DNA of 64,000 nt from Phoronis australis (lineage: Eukaryota; Animalia; Phoronida), in assembly GCA_002633005.1 (NCBI GenBank), contig NMRA01000038.1, positions 1,285,961-1,349,960 of the forward strand. The letters are read 5' to 3'. Positions 49,545-62,685 of this stretch are shown one piece after another. Position 1 is the first letter of the stretch. Each line of letters starts with the position of its first letter. The translations under genes and the position numbers were made by a program. The notes under the pieces are model-generated. The model was given only the letters and a program-made list of their open reading frames with translations, was not told where the DNA came from and searched no databases.

Positions 49545-51152
49545 TTATGCACCCACATACTTATATGTGGACACATTATGCCATCATCCCCCTCTGTTCG
49601 GCGTCCGCTGATCTATCTCCAAAACCCTTTGAGGACTATGTTCATGAAATTTTGCACGTGTTTCTTTCAGTAATAGGACGGCACAAGTGAACTTTCGGAC
49701 GAATCTGACTGCCAGTGTGCCTTTTGTGACAATTTTAGTTTTTTACATTTACCTCTGTATCTTAAAGGGCCTCAACAGCTTTTCATAAAATTTGGTTGAT
49801 AGGCATCTATTTGTGAGATGACGGATGGATTCGAGGTATTTTGCGCCACTTTGTGGCCATTTTTACTGTTTTTAAGTCCGCTCATCTATCAACCAAAGAA
49901 CTCTAAGGATGATTTTGAAAATTGACGTATTTGTTCTCAGTGTGAAGAGGACGGTTGACGATGACGACTTCGACTACTGTGTTGCCTCCTAGTGGCAGTT
50001 TTGTTTTGTTTTTGCCCGTAGCTGCTTCTCCTAAACCCACTGCAGGATGTTTATTAAATTTAGTAATTGTATTTGTATGAAGCTAACAACAGGCGGAGCC
50101 AAAAAACGTTCTGCGCTTAAGTGGCAATTTCATTTTTTCGGTTTTCATTTGTTTCTCTGAAGTTCCTTGACAGATTTTTATGAAATTTGGTAAAATGTTT
50201 TCTATTAAACAGATGATGACATCTTGCCGTTTTCAAATGGATTGGACGTTTGTGCACCATCTACTGCATTCCTGGGCGCATTTCAACATGCGGCGTTGCT
50301 CTTGTTAAAAATTTTTAGTACGTTTTTAACACCTCCCTCTCCATCCACCAAACCACTTGAAGAATCATTAGTAAAATTTGGAGATGTGTTCCTTATGAGA
50401 AGACCGAGGCTGACGTTGATTTTCGGACGTGGCAGATGTGTTCCTATGGAGATGGCAACAAATGACGGCAAGTTTCTGACTAATCCAAGTACAGCTGTGC
50501 TCCCTAGTGGCAATTTTATTTTTTATGTTTGCCTCTGTAACTTCATAACTCTTTGATTCTTTTTCATAAAATTTGGCAAACAAGTTTCTGTTATGAAGAC
50601 GACAGCACCTTAATTTCCTTTTTGTGATGGATTTGACCTATTCTGCACCAACTAGTGACCATTTTAATTATTTTTAGTCTGTTTTTTGTATCTGCCGAAC
50701 TACGCCGAGGGTCGTTATGAAAATTTCCAGACGTGTTTCTACTGACTCGAAAAGAGCATGACTGATGTGGATTTTCAAACGGGTGCAACTATTGTGATGC
50801 ACCATAGTGACACTTATTTCTCATCTACGGCTGTGTCTCCTAAGCCCCTTGCAAGATGTTTTTGAAAATTTGCAATTGTATTCCAATAAACTTGACACCA
50901 GATGGACCGATTTGACTATCGCTGTGGTTCCTAATAGCATTGCCTTTGTATCTTTGGATTTCTTTGACGGATTGTCATGAAATTCGGCAAATAGTTTTGA
51001 GAGACGACACCTTCCCATTTTTGGGTGAGTTCAATGTATTCTGTGCCATTTAATGGCCATTTTTTATTATACAAATCATCAAACGGCCCTAGAAGCAACA
51101 CCATTTTCAGTGCAGGCGTGCGCGCATTTCAGCGTTCGGCGTTGCTCTTGTT
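49545..51152 (+). mobile_element. Older Helentron-like element(s) with two 3' termini
   Basis: The 5' end is TTATGCACCCACATACTTATATGTGGACAC. The 3'-terminal motif GCGCATTTCA.C...CGGCGTTGCTCTTGTT occurs at ~50306 and again at ~51152, and internal CATGAAATTT repeats are present. Confidence 0.7.
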
Positions 51153-54100
51153 TTTTCTGTGTATGGTCTTATACAACTGAAAGGAGGTTATAGAAGCGCA
51201 CAAGCAAAATTGGTCGAACATGTGTAACGTTATTCGTTATTTTAAGCAGGTATAAGTGCTAAATCATGTCTTGTTCCGGAGCTAGAGCAGACGGTCTTAG
51301 TGCATACGTACGAGTTCACGGAGACGCACCAGGAAAGATTGTAGTTGCACTTTAGTTTGACAACTCATGCGAAAGATGATCACTTCTTTATCACTTTATT
51401 AGTTGAAAACACGTGGCGCAGACCCGTGGGAATGTAAATGTCACGTACTTTCTGGTGGCTGCTACCCCTCTCGGGAGGTCAACTGCTTCTTCAAAACCCT
51501 TTGTTGAAACACGGGTACCCGAGTTGGTGCCTGCCCCTCTCGGAGGTCAACTGAGCGAATATTCATCAAATTTCACGGAAACGCCAATTTCTTAGTAGGT
51601 TGTTTCAGATTGAAAAAAATTATCTAGTGCGCTTTAATTGCTCTTTTTGAGGTTGTATGAAAGAACTTTTCCCGGATTTCAGTCTGCACCCATGTTTACA
51701 AACGGAACTTCATCATTTTTTACAACTTAACTTTAATTGACAAAAAGTCGTCTATGACGTGTAAGTTACTCACACAGAAGAAAATAACATTGGCATGTTG
51801 GGCCGTCACAAGGTAACAACATAAAAATGAAAAGCACAAACTGCGAATCTTTGTCTGCATTTAGGCGTGAGATTTTTTTACCAAATCCAGAAATTACTGC
51901 ATGAGATTTTTAGGTGATTCCCAAAGATTTGCAGACGGGGCATCTCATGGGGAGGAAAGGAGCCCCACCAAGAAATTTTACGAATTTATTTTTGGCAACG
52001 TGAATTCTGGTTCATTCCAGTGGTATTCTGTTACGGTTTATGTTTAAACTTGCACTCCAAAGGTCACAGAAATTTTTGTTTACGATAGATAGTATATGTG
52101 CATTGTTAGACGCGCATTGTGCACGGTCATCAAAAATCACCGGCAGTGATCGACACGTGTGAGTAGCTTATTCTACAGTACTTTTTCTAAGAATAACGAT
52201 CATGAAATGAATTGCTGTCACAAACCTTACAATCTTACTGAAAACTTCATATTTCAAAAACAAGACAAACAGACGCAACGTTTCATTCTTACATAAGAGT
52301 ATCAATTGGCAAACGAGAACAAAGTGTCAAAGAATAGACAGAAAAGTCCGGGCATCACGGCGAACAATGATCGACTACATAATGAACAAGGCATCAGAAC
52401 TGGATACCGTGCAAATTTCTTTTAGGAATTCTGAGCTGTAAGCGTAAGTTTCTTGACAGTCTCGGTAACCAAACTTTGGCTGATGCTGGTGAAAAACGGT
52501 ACTTTTCCATTACCCTATGCAGGGTCTGCCAGAGTGGTTAGTCAAATATGCGAATCGCAATATTTTTCCCATTTTTGTCTTTAAAACCAGTCGTTAAACT
52601 ATCTTCACTGTTGTGAAATCACCTATACATTTGCAGCCGATTTCATAAAGGTGATTTAAAATGAAATTTGGTTTAAATTGTGCGTAAATCAGGTTTAAAG
52701 GTCGTGGTTTAACTTTTAGACAAGTGGTATATAATAAAACCTAGTTAAACTATAATTTAAACTTGGTCTAAGCCGGTTTTCTTTTCCTCAACGAGGTCTA
52801 TATTTCCTTAGACCTTTATTAAGATGTTAAAGCGATACGTGTGCTCAACCGTGCAGCTGAAAGACGACGCGGTGTGTATCACCAACTCAATTTTAGAAAG
52901 TTGAGAATAGACTATTTTCAAATTTTCGGTTCAATTTACGCCGACGCGGACTCAAACGTAGAGCGCTACGTGCGTATTGCAGGATGTCCTTCGGACTAGT
53001 CAGGATGCGACTGATCGAACAGAGCGTCATCATCGTAAACGTTACGGGCGGGCTTCGGTCCGACCCCCCCCCCCTGGCCGCCGACAAAAAATAAATAGTA
53101 AAATGACACAGAGACAAATTTGGGCATTTATTATGTTGCAGCTAATCGTGAGCGTGTACTTTAATGTGTGCGCGTGTGATGGGGCACATATGTCACAAAT
53201 TGAAAAATTTTGGTCCCCCTCATGGGTCCATCACCGTTTTTCTTTGCAAATTTTTTCACTGACGAAAGTTCCTTTTTTGGCCTTCATTCTTAAGCGTTTC
53301 CAAATATGATTTACAGACTGTTTGTCGTTGCATTTATCCGATTGCGGGAACTGTGCAGCGATCCGTACCGACATCTCCCCAAGTCTTCTGCATACGTTGA
53401 CTAAAAAGTCAACGTATGCCAACATTCAAAAGAACAAGAAAACTGACGCCAAATCAAAATTTTGCGCCAGTTTTCTTGTTCTCTATAATATTGGCTTTTC
53501 CCTTAATCAGTTCTCTGAGGAAATCTTTTTTCTCAAATGTTAAAAGCTTTCAGGCCTTTTCGACTCATTTTTGGTAACATACTCACCAGTAAATGTCTGC
53601 ACTGATTCTACAACTATGTGCCATTTATACCACGTGATCAAGGTTCCATTGAAACTCTTTAATGGTTTCTTTGTTGAGTTAATCGAGATCGATATCGTTA
53701 TACTTTCTACTGAGTACAGCAAGGAAAGGCTCAAAGAGTCCGATGCTTATAAAGCGAAACAGTCCGAGGGTCACTGAACCAAAACACCAGTTCAGTGTTC
53801 TTACAGTTGTGCGGATGGCTTGTTCTCTATGTGGTCGATCATTAATGTCCTTCGTTTTGTCCCGATTTTTTGCTTTCAATTCTTTGGCACTTTTTTTCTC
53901 TTTTGGCTGATGATGCTCTTATGTAATAGTGAAATGTTGTGTTTTTGAAATATGTAGCTTTACTGTTTCTAGGGTTTTTGAGAATACTTTGGTCGGAAAC
54001 TAATGGAATCAAGAGATACTTTTCTGGGAATCCTTTAGGGAAAATTTCGATATTTTTCTGTTATAGACACACCGAGAATATTGTTTTTGTATAAATCAAA

Positions 54101-55967
54101 AATATTTGTTTTAAAATTCTTCAAATTCCAATCCTCAATGATATTGTTTTCGATACCATCACGCCTTTTGGTTGTTTGTGTCTGCTGCTCTTTACATCAA
54201 CATGTTATGTGGCATTCTCCACCATTTTGAAATTTTATCCCCATAATGTTTCCTTTACTTCTTGTGTAGTTCACTCGACAGTGCCAGAACTATAGGAGGA
54301 CAAAAGGGTAATTGCCCGAGCCGCCCGCCAAGGACCCTGTGTAAAAGGGGGCTGCTTAATATGAAAGGCAGTCACTAAAAATGGACAAAAATGACAGACA
54401 AATCCATCACCGGGTGACCCTCTCATAGTCTTCCTCAACATAAAAGGTTCGTTTTCACGAAAACAGGAAAAGAGAGCCCATTGAGGCCATTGTTTGGGTC
54501 TCCCTCCCTGAGAGGGAAAGGGTTTTAAATAGAAGATTGGAAAAGGTTGGATATGAGTCAACGCGTCCAGTCCTAGGACCCGTACACGGCTGCATGCAAC
54601 AGTCCCTAATAGGGAATCAACTACCTACTGCGTGTTTACAGACTTGTGAAAACACTAATTGTCCTTTCTTAAGCTGTTTTAGTCCCATTACCATTCCTTT
54701 GATAAAAATCGAAAGTGAGCTGTATGTTGAATTCTCAATATCATTGGAAATAAGTTGGGATCTTTTCGTACAACGTCCTTAATAAAGGGCTAAGTGCCTA
54801 TTTATTTTCATTCAAATAAAGGCTCGGTTTTTAATTGTATTGTTAAAAAATGTCAGTATCCAAAGAAGAATATTCGTAATCAAGACGTACAATGATAGAA
54901 AAAGATTAAGTGAATAAAGAACGATACGAATCCTCAAAGATTTAGAAAACTTAGTTGAGTCCCTATTTGAGATTATTTCATGCAACCAGGCATAGGACCC
55001 CCACCTATGGGCACAGGCCCTTAAACATGAAGATATAAAACTCAAAAACATAAAATTAACAGCAACTGATAGTACTGTCAGGGCCACTCTCTGTCAACTA
55101 GATTTCTAATTTATATAAAAAAAAACAATTTCAATAAAAATGGAAAAGAGAGCGCCGGACATATGACTTCATTACCTATTTCAGGAGGGGGTCCCGAATA
55201 AGTAGGCCTACATTTTGCGTTCCCTAATAATTGTCATTTTGAATTCAAAAACGTGAATAAATTTGCTCTGGAAAATCACATGCATTATAATTTTTTCGGA
55301 CATTTTCGAAGTACGTACAATATACGTTCAGACGATCTGAAATGGGGGCTCTAACTGAAATGTCTTAGCCAGGGCCAAGCAATGGAAGTTAATAAAGGTT
55401 CTGTTAAAATTTCTCTCTGTAACTCTTACCGTGTTTTTTCTTTTCGCGGCTGCCCTCCATAACAAATGAAGTCGTATGGAGATCGCAAGCTATTGTTTAA
55501 CTTGCCTATGGGATGCTACCATTGTTTTGAAATTCTTTTGTTGCGTCTTTGTTGGGTCTAACATTTCAGGTCGCTCGGATATCGTACCTTGGGCGCACAT
55601 CAGCCGGTTACCGATAAATGCTTACCATTATCTTTATTATAAGAAAGATAAACAAAGTGAACAATGGATACGCCTATTTACCGATATCTATGGGACGAGC
55701 TTGCGACCTAGTTTCCGTGAGCGAAGACCTAAATTGTGGGGTACCTGTCCCCCCGTGGGTCCCCGCTTCCTACGGCCTTGAAAATGCATAAGACATGAAC
55801 AGGTAAATTAATTTAAGGAACACTTCTGGTATACGTTGACAGCAATTTAACTGCATCAAATTTTTACGTTACGGTCATGTACAGATGTTCTGCGGGAAAG
55901 TCCTGCGTCATAAAATCATCACAATGTCGCACTTGTACCTCTGTGCGCTTGCATCCAATGCCAACAG

Positions 55968-58900
55968 TTACATTTCGGAACATAGAGGGATGTCACAGTA
56001 CTCCCAACGAACCAAAGGATCAGTTGTGTAACACCATGGCGCACTATCTTTGTCTGGATTGCGGCAGTAGTTGCTGGCTTCCGTTGCTGTGGCTTCTGGC
56101 ATTGATGAGTCGAATATCTGGCCGTGTCGATGAGGTTCTTGACTGTCCCATCGCTGACATTTTCTTTTAGACTTTGTTTCTGCCAGCTTTCCGCTATAAG
56201 ACAGACCTTGCTCGCTATCGCGACACTGTGTTTCTGAAAGGCAGCATGCAGTGAATTTCAAACTTTGACAAGATGCACATGAACATGTTTCCAACGAACA
56301 TATTAAAGAGCCCAGAAAGGCGAAAAACGGACTAAACTGCATTATTCAAAGTAGTTCTCTGCCACGGAAACAAAATTCAGCCTGTTCACCAGGAATTTTG
56401 TACGGTTTGTTTGTGGAGATTATGAACTCCTGTTGATATGAAAGCCTTTTCTTTTAGTTTCAAATTTCAAAAAAAAAACGATCGTTCGTCGATTTTTCTC
56501 CGATGTCTCTTTGGTATGGCAAGAAATAGACATAGGACATTTCCTTTATATGGAAAGTATGACCTTTGGCCTTTGATGTAAATAATAAAGCAGTGGTGAC
56601 TTCAAGCACCAGCCAGACTGATTAATAATCAGTCGGTGCAAGTCCTAACTGTTTAAAACAAGGGCAACGCGAAGCGTTGAAATGCGTCCACGAATGCATC
56701 GCTAACGTTGTGCTTCTGAGGGTGAATATTTGTATCATAAAAATGGCCACTAGATGGCGCAAAATACATCGAATCCATCCAAAAACGGGAACATGCCATC
56801 GTTTATTTAATAGAAAGTTATTTAAATTTCATGAAAATCTGTCAAAGAACTTCAGAGAAGCAAAGGAAAACAAAACAAAAAAAAAACGAAATTGCCACTA
56901 GGGGCACAGCGTTCGCCGGATTTGTCTGAAAGTCGTCTTCGTCCGTTGCCAACTTCTTTTAAATACACTTGCTAAATTTAACAAAGATCCTGCAGCAGGC
57001 TTAGGAGATACAGCTATGAGCGCAAAAAAAAAACTGCCACTAGAATGTGCCACAGCAGTCAAAGTCGTCGGAAAATCATCGTCAACCACCCTCTTCGCAC
57101 TAAGAACAATTATGCCAATTTTCACAATCATCCTTAGAATGGTTTGGTTGATAGAGGGTCGGACTCGGTCGAAAACAGCAAAAATGGCCATTAGGTGGCA
57201 CAAAATACATCGATTCCATCCGAAAACGTGAGAATAATGTCATCTCACCAATAGATCCTTACATCCCAAATTTTATGAAATTCTGTTGAGGACCTCTGAA
57301 AACATAGTGGTAGACGTAAAAAATTAAAATTGCACACCGGTAGTCAGATCCGTACGAAGTCGTCGTCGTCCATTGTCAAATTCATATAAATTCACTTGCT
57401 AAATTGAGTAACGATCCTGCATAGTGTTAGGAGATACAGCCATGGGCGCAAAAAACTGTCACTAGAAGGTGCCACAGTAACATAAGTCGTCGGAAAATCG
57501 TCGTCATCAGGACGCCGGGCTACCAGACGGAGCTAACGGCAATATTCACCCACATATAAATATGAGGGCACATAATTCGAATTCAAAAATAGTCTAAAAT
57601 GAAAATCGTTTGCTTCACTGATATGCCTTATACTGTGTTGTCCACCTCAGATTAGCAGCGCGATCACACGATAATCTGCGGTTGATATCCATCTAGTCAT
57701 TCAGCTGTTTGTCGAATGACTTTGAGCGCATGCGCGCTTTTATCATAAGTGGCGGGAGGAGGATTGGAAACTCTCTCGTGACTACAGAGCTTTTCCTTCG
57801 CTCTTATTTCACAAATCATGAATTTAAGTAGTAATTTGTCTGGAAATTTACTCACAGGGGAAATTTAATAACTCTGTAGTAGACGTTACGAGATGGTACT
57901 TTCGTCGAATTGTTTAAATATATTTTTGACGAGCTTTCGCGTTTCATGCCTCTTTAAAGAATTGTCATGTGAGGCACATGCAGTTAGTTATGATGAGAGG
58001 TAACTGGATAGAGCAAGTAAGCGTATAAGTCTTTGGATAGACTTATAGTCTACAGATAGAGGAAGTACTTGTGTTAGTAAGTCTTATGGCGACTATAAGA
58101 GTTAATAAGTCTACACATAGAGTAAGTCAGTCTATAAAGTTAGTACGTCTGTGGACCGAGTTAATAAGTCTACGGATAGAGTAAGTAAGCAGGTCTATGA
58201 ATAGAGTTAGTGAGTTCATCATAGAACACAAAGATACTTGTAACTGGAAACCACTTCGAGATTTTCACCTCAAAAATACCACCTCTCGCAATTTCTCAGG
58301 GCACCTCCGTTTCTAAACACCGTAACTTTGGTTTTCACTAAATTTACAGACATGCCCCATTCCTTGCAAAACTCATTTAAAGCACAAAGTAGTTTTTGCA
58401 GTTTAACTGGAGAGTAAGCACACAAGGCCATATCATCGGCATATAACAATACTTTTACATCAGATACATTTTGACTTAGAAAAATACCATTGTCATTACT
58501 AGAGTGGATACATTCTACAAATTCATTCAAATACAATGTAAATAAAAGAGGGCTTAGCAAACAACCTTGCCTAGTGCCAATACTGCAATTAAAAACATCA
58601 GTTATACCACCCTGCGTTCTCATACACGTCCGACGTTTGTTATACATTGATTGTAAAGTTTTTAAAAATCACCATGAACTCCAATTTTTTGTAATATGAG
58701 CCAAAGTAACCGAAGGGGATCTTATCAAATGCTTTAGAAAAATCAATGAATGCGCGCAGTAAAAACGATGTCTTTGGTTGCTTATGTACCATAGTTGACA
58801 ACGTAAAATTTGGTCGACAGTGCTATATCTCTTTTCGAACCGTACTTGGCATTCATACAATTTATTATTTTCATGGTCCAATAGTTAGCTAGTAAGTCTA

Positions 58901-61294
58901 TGGATAGAGTATGAATGTTTACTGATAGAGTTAGTAAATCTATATAGTTAGTAAATCTGTGAATAGAGTTAGTAAGTCTATATAGTTAATAAATCTGTGG
59001 ACAGAGTTAGTAAGTCTATATAGTTAGTAAATCTATGAATAGAGTTAGTAAGTCTATATAGTTAATAAATCTGTGGACAGAGTTAGTAAGTCTATATAGT
59101 TAATAAATCTATGGATAGAGTTAGTAAGTCTATATAGTTAATAAATCTGTGGACAGAGTTAGTAAGTCTATATAGTTAGTAAATCTATGGATAGAGTTAG
59201 TAAGTCTATATAGTTAGTAAATCTGTGAATAGAGTTAGTAAGTCTAAAAGTTAGTAAATCTATGGATAGAGTTAGTAAGTCTATACGGTAAGTAAATCTG
59301 TGGATAGAGTTATAAGTCTATGGCTAGAGCAGGCTAAGCAAGTGTATGTGTAGAATTTTAAACGTTACCGATACCAACACTACCGATAGCATACCAAGCC
59401 TACGAGTCGAGGTAAGTCTGGAGAAAAAATACGCGTAGTCCTCACAGTCTCCTATGTAATAGGCTATGTGTACTGTATTTGTCACACCTCCGCCAACTAG
59501 TGTCATTGGACAGGGTTTAGATTTTTTGTCAAAACAAAATTATCAAAAACCTACCACAAAACGGCACATCGCAATATTCCCATACTACTTGAGGGTTGGT
59601 TGTATAACACCACACGCCATCTGGGTGGTCTCCTGGCAGGGGGTTGCGACAGTAGTTCTCGTTGGTTTTGATGTTACCCGCTGGAAACCCATGGGCGTCA
59701 TAGATTTTGTGTCTGAAAGAACCATTGTTTCGTTTCTGTCGTCGTCAATCGCGTGGTCACATTAGGGTAATAAACAGCGATAGCTTTATTGGCATATAGG
59801 CATGACTTTATGTGATTGCCTGGCAGTTTCGTAAGAATATAAATGCAGCTAAATGTTCAGAGAATTGATGAGAAGCTCCATCTAATTCCCACTCGTCAAC
59901 ATTGAATGACTCTTACCCGTAGGATTTGAATAGCATGCACTTACCACTGATCCTGGACGTATTTACGTCCAGCTTACTTTGTTCAATATGAATTATTGGT
60001 TCAGAGATGGATGCCCATACAGTTTAAACAAACAAAACACTTACACGCTGTCCAAGCCATTTTAGGTAGTGCGGTCTATAAAAATTGAATTCTTTAATCA
60101 TTGTCAGTCTTTGTATGACAAAAAATTGCTTAGACATGCTCCTTCCTTTACATACACCAATTTAGAAAACAAGGTGCGTTTCGTCAGTCGAAAGGTATCA
60201 CTAAAACGTATAAAAATTCCTCAACTTTCAGCCCTGTTTCTGTTTACCTTATTTTACTATTAATCTTTTGCAAAAAAATGAGCAGGCCCTGCTCATTTTT
60301 TGCAAAAGATTAATAGAAGAAACCTCATTGCATATGCCGGCAGTTGAGTGAGTACCCATAATGCAAGCTGTCACTCACTATGGCGGCCATTTTAGATGGT
60401 GGTACACTACAATAGCGGAAGGAGTATGTTTAACTACACCCACAGAACTCTGGAACATTCCTACAGTTTTACGCTACAACCTAATAAAAGAGAAATTTAT
60501 GCATTGCAAGTGCTGCCCCTTTGTTGAGTAGTCCCAGGCTCTCTTCAAGCATTTCGTTGAGCCATAATAACAGGGAGAATAGGCCTCAGTGTGTTCCAAA
60601 CATTACAACAAAGCGCCTATCTGCCTAATTCTCCCCCAAGGAATGACTTAGTATTGAACAAGGGAGCACCGACTGAATTACAAAACAAATGATAGAGTTA
60701 CAAAAGGCAATATGGCTTGACATAGACTTATACGTAACGAAATGTTCAATAAAAGCTAGATTACTGTTTAGCTGCATCTATCTTTTAGTTGTTTTGTCCG
60801 ATTTTGTTCGGTGCATTATTACGAAACTGTCAAGCGTGTACATGTTTGTAGATGTGGGCTTCATCGTCAAAGCTGTCGTTTTCAACTTCTTGTTAATTTT
60901 ATGTTAACCTTAATCTTAGAAGTTGTTGGTATTTATATTGAAATATAATACCTTCATGAATATCAAATTTCATATTCGTAGAGTCGTGGAAGGTTGAATA
61001 TTTCCAGAATTGAAATCTATATTTCCAGGTACACATCTGCATTATTGTGGAATTTGTTCCAAGATGACAACTCGACCGTTATTCTATACCACCACACTGC
61101 ACATTCTTCGGGTTAGGAAATATTTTATGAAATGTCATGACAACAACTATGAGTTCGTAAGAATCTGAGTATCCGAGATGAGACTCACCTTTGGGGTGTC
61201 TGTGTGTCCCATCGTTGGCATGTATGTCCCGAAACGGTTTGGCTGGCGGTGCCGTAATAAATTTCCGATTTACCTCGAATCTGGCATCTCTTCA
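55968..61294 (-). CDS. Kringle-domain protein (plasminogen/apolipoprotein(a)-like kringles), last three exons (5'-partial)
   Basis: Exons 61294-61189 ([35 protein letters not shown]), 59712-59555 ([52 protein letters not shown]) and 56233-55968 ([15 protein letters not shown]...[10 protein letters not shown]...[34 protein letters not shown]) join in frame via GT-AG. They encode two complete six-Cys kringles. Confidence 0.9.
56656..57575 (-). mobile_element. Helentron-like (HINE/DINE-type) element in kringle-gene intron
   Basis: It carries the reverse complement of the family termini: AACAAGGGCAACGCGAAGCGTTGAAATGCG at the left and CCCACATATAAATATGAGGGCACATAA at the right. Confidence 0.75.
58003..58216. 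repeat. Degenerate left part of the AGTTAGTAAGTCTAT satellite
   Basis: Diverged copies of AGAGTTAATAAGTCTA / GATAGAGTAAG. Confidence 0.65.
58220..58880 (-). mobile_element. Non-LTR retrotransposon (LINE) reverse-transcriptase fragment, frameshifted
   Basis: ORF 58647-58270 contains [27 protein letters not shown] and [11 protein letters not shown], and continues past a stop to [10 protein letters not shown]. The upstream piece has Q.RF....STVDQI. These are RT motifs of the CR1/L2/RTE-type LINEs. Confidence 0.9.
58882..59323. repeat. Satellite/minisatellite with 38-bp dimeric unit (17+21 bp)
   Basis: AGTTAGTAAGTCTATAT + AGTTA(G/A)TAAATCT(A/G)TGGA(T/C)AG is repeated about 11 times. Confidence 0.9.
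60257..60316. repeat. 60-bp near-perfect palindrome
   Basis: CTATTAATCTTTTGCAAAAAAATGAGCAGG-C-CCTGCTCATTTTTTGCAAAAGATTAATAG, with a single-A bulge. Confidence 0.9.
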
Positions 61295-61425
61295 CTGCGT
61301 GAAATGAAAAAAAAAATTCAATTAACTTCGAGGATCATATCCATGGTCTGTCAGCGTCGCTTGGAATGGACTAATGTTCACTATAAAGCGTATACTCCAA
61401 TAAATACGTGATTGATTAATAGGTG

Positions 61426-61884
61426 CACTTGATTAACTTCGCCGGATTTACAGGGTAAACTCGCTAAGACATCTGATTGGTTCTCGATGACAGCTTCCGG
61501 CTTATTAATCAGATGTTTCAGCCACTTGAACCGGCGGAACGTGGGGAGCGTTCTCGTTTGTGTCTGGCTAGAAAATGAAGATTTCGCAGGACTCCGCGAG
61601 ATATCGCCAAGTATTTTACATGGGAGCACGGTGGTTTTAGCTATGTTTTTTCGGCCCGGCAATTGATTGGCTTCGCCGGTTCCGACGAGATATCAAGCGG
61701 CTACATATGACGCCTTCTGTCTTAAACATCAATCAAATGTCTTAACCGGTTGACCCGGTGAAATAGGCAAAGTCAACCAAGTGCAGCCAGTGACTGTACG
61801 TGATAAACTCCGCCTGATAAACTGGCTAAGACAATTGTAAGCTGGAAGTCGTTGAATTGCAGAACCGGCGAAGTAAATCAAGTG
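61426..61884. mobile_element. MITE-like element
   Basis: TIRs are CACTTGATTAACTTCGCCGG and CCGGCGAAGTAAATCAAGTG. There is an internal third copy of the motif near 61662. Confidence 0.6.
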
Positions 61885-62220
61885 TAGTTTTCTTTCAAGT
61901 GAATGGGACTATTCAGAAAATCTACAATAACTATGCGTGCGTGTACTAGTGATGATAGATTAACAGCCTCGATTTCGCGAGCCCTTCAAATACATGGTGA
62001 AATGGCTTGCAGCCGTGCCAACTGAATCTAAGATTGCGTAAAAAGGGTGCTTCTATGAGAGGAAGTAAGCACGACCTCATACAAAGGTAAGGTTTGTGAT
62101 TATTTTAACGATTATTCCATGATTATTCTACCAATGCCTGTTAACTGAGGCACTCGCCGATGGCGACTTCGCGGCAGTCAGTCGCCAGCCAGAGTCTGGT
62201 TAATCTTTGTATGTTGTGGT

Positions 62221-62685
62221 NNNNNNNNNNNNNNNNNNNNNNNNNNNNNNNNNNNNNNNNNNNNNNNNNNNNNNNNNNNNNNNNNNNNNNNNNNNNNNNN
62301 NNNNNNNNNNNNNNNNNNNNNNNNNNNNNNNNNNNNNNNNNNNNNNNNNNNNNNNNNNNNNNNNNNNNNNNNNNNNNNNNNNNNNNNNNNNNNNNNNNNN
62401 NNNNNNNNNNNNNNNNNNNNNNNNNNNNNNNNNNNNNNNNNNNNNNNNNNNNNNNNNNNNNNNNNNNNNNNNNNNNNNNNNNNNNNNNNNNNNNNNNNNN
62501 NNNNNNNNNNNNNNNNNNNNNNNNNNNNNNNNNNNNNNNNNNNNNNNNNNNNNNNNNNNNNNNNNNNNNNNNNNNNNNNNNNNNNNNNNNNNNNNNNNNN
62601 NNNNNNNNNNNNNNNNNNNNNNNNNNNNNNNNNNNNNNNNNNNNNNNNNNNNNNNNNNNNNNNNNNNNNNNNNNNNNNNNNNNNN
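62221..62685. other. Assembly gap (465 N)
   Basis: Run of N. ORFs spanning it are artefacts. Confidence 1.

Noticed and set aside
52890-55800. CpG-rich intergenic region with several short ORFs and GC-rich motifs
   Set aside because: I could establish no recognisable domain, consistent exon chain or matching termini. It is probably decayed transposon DNA.
58882-59323. Possible CRISPR or telomeric array
   Set aside because: There are no variable spacers and it is not TTAGGG. It is an ordinary dimeric satellite.
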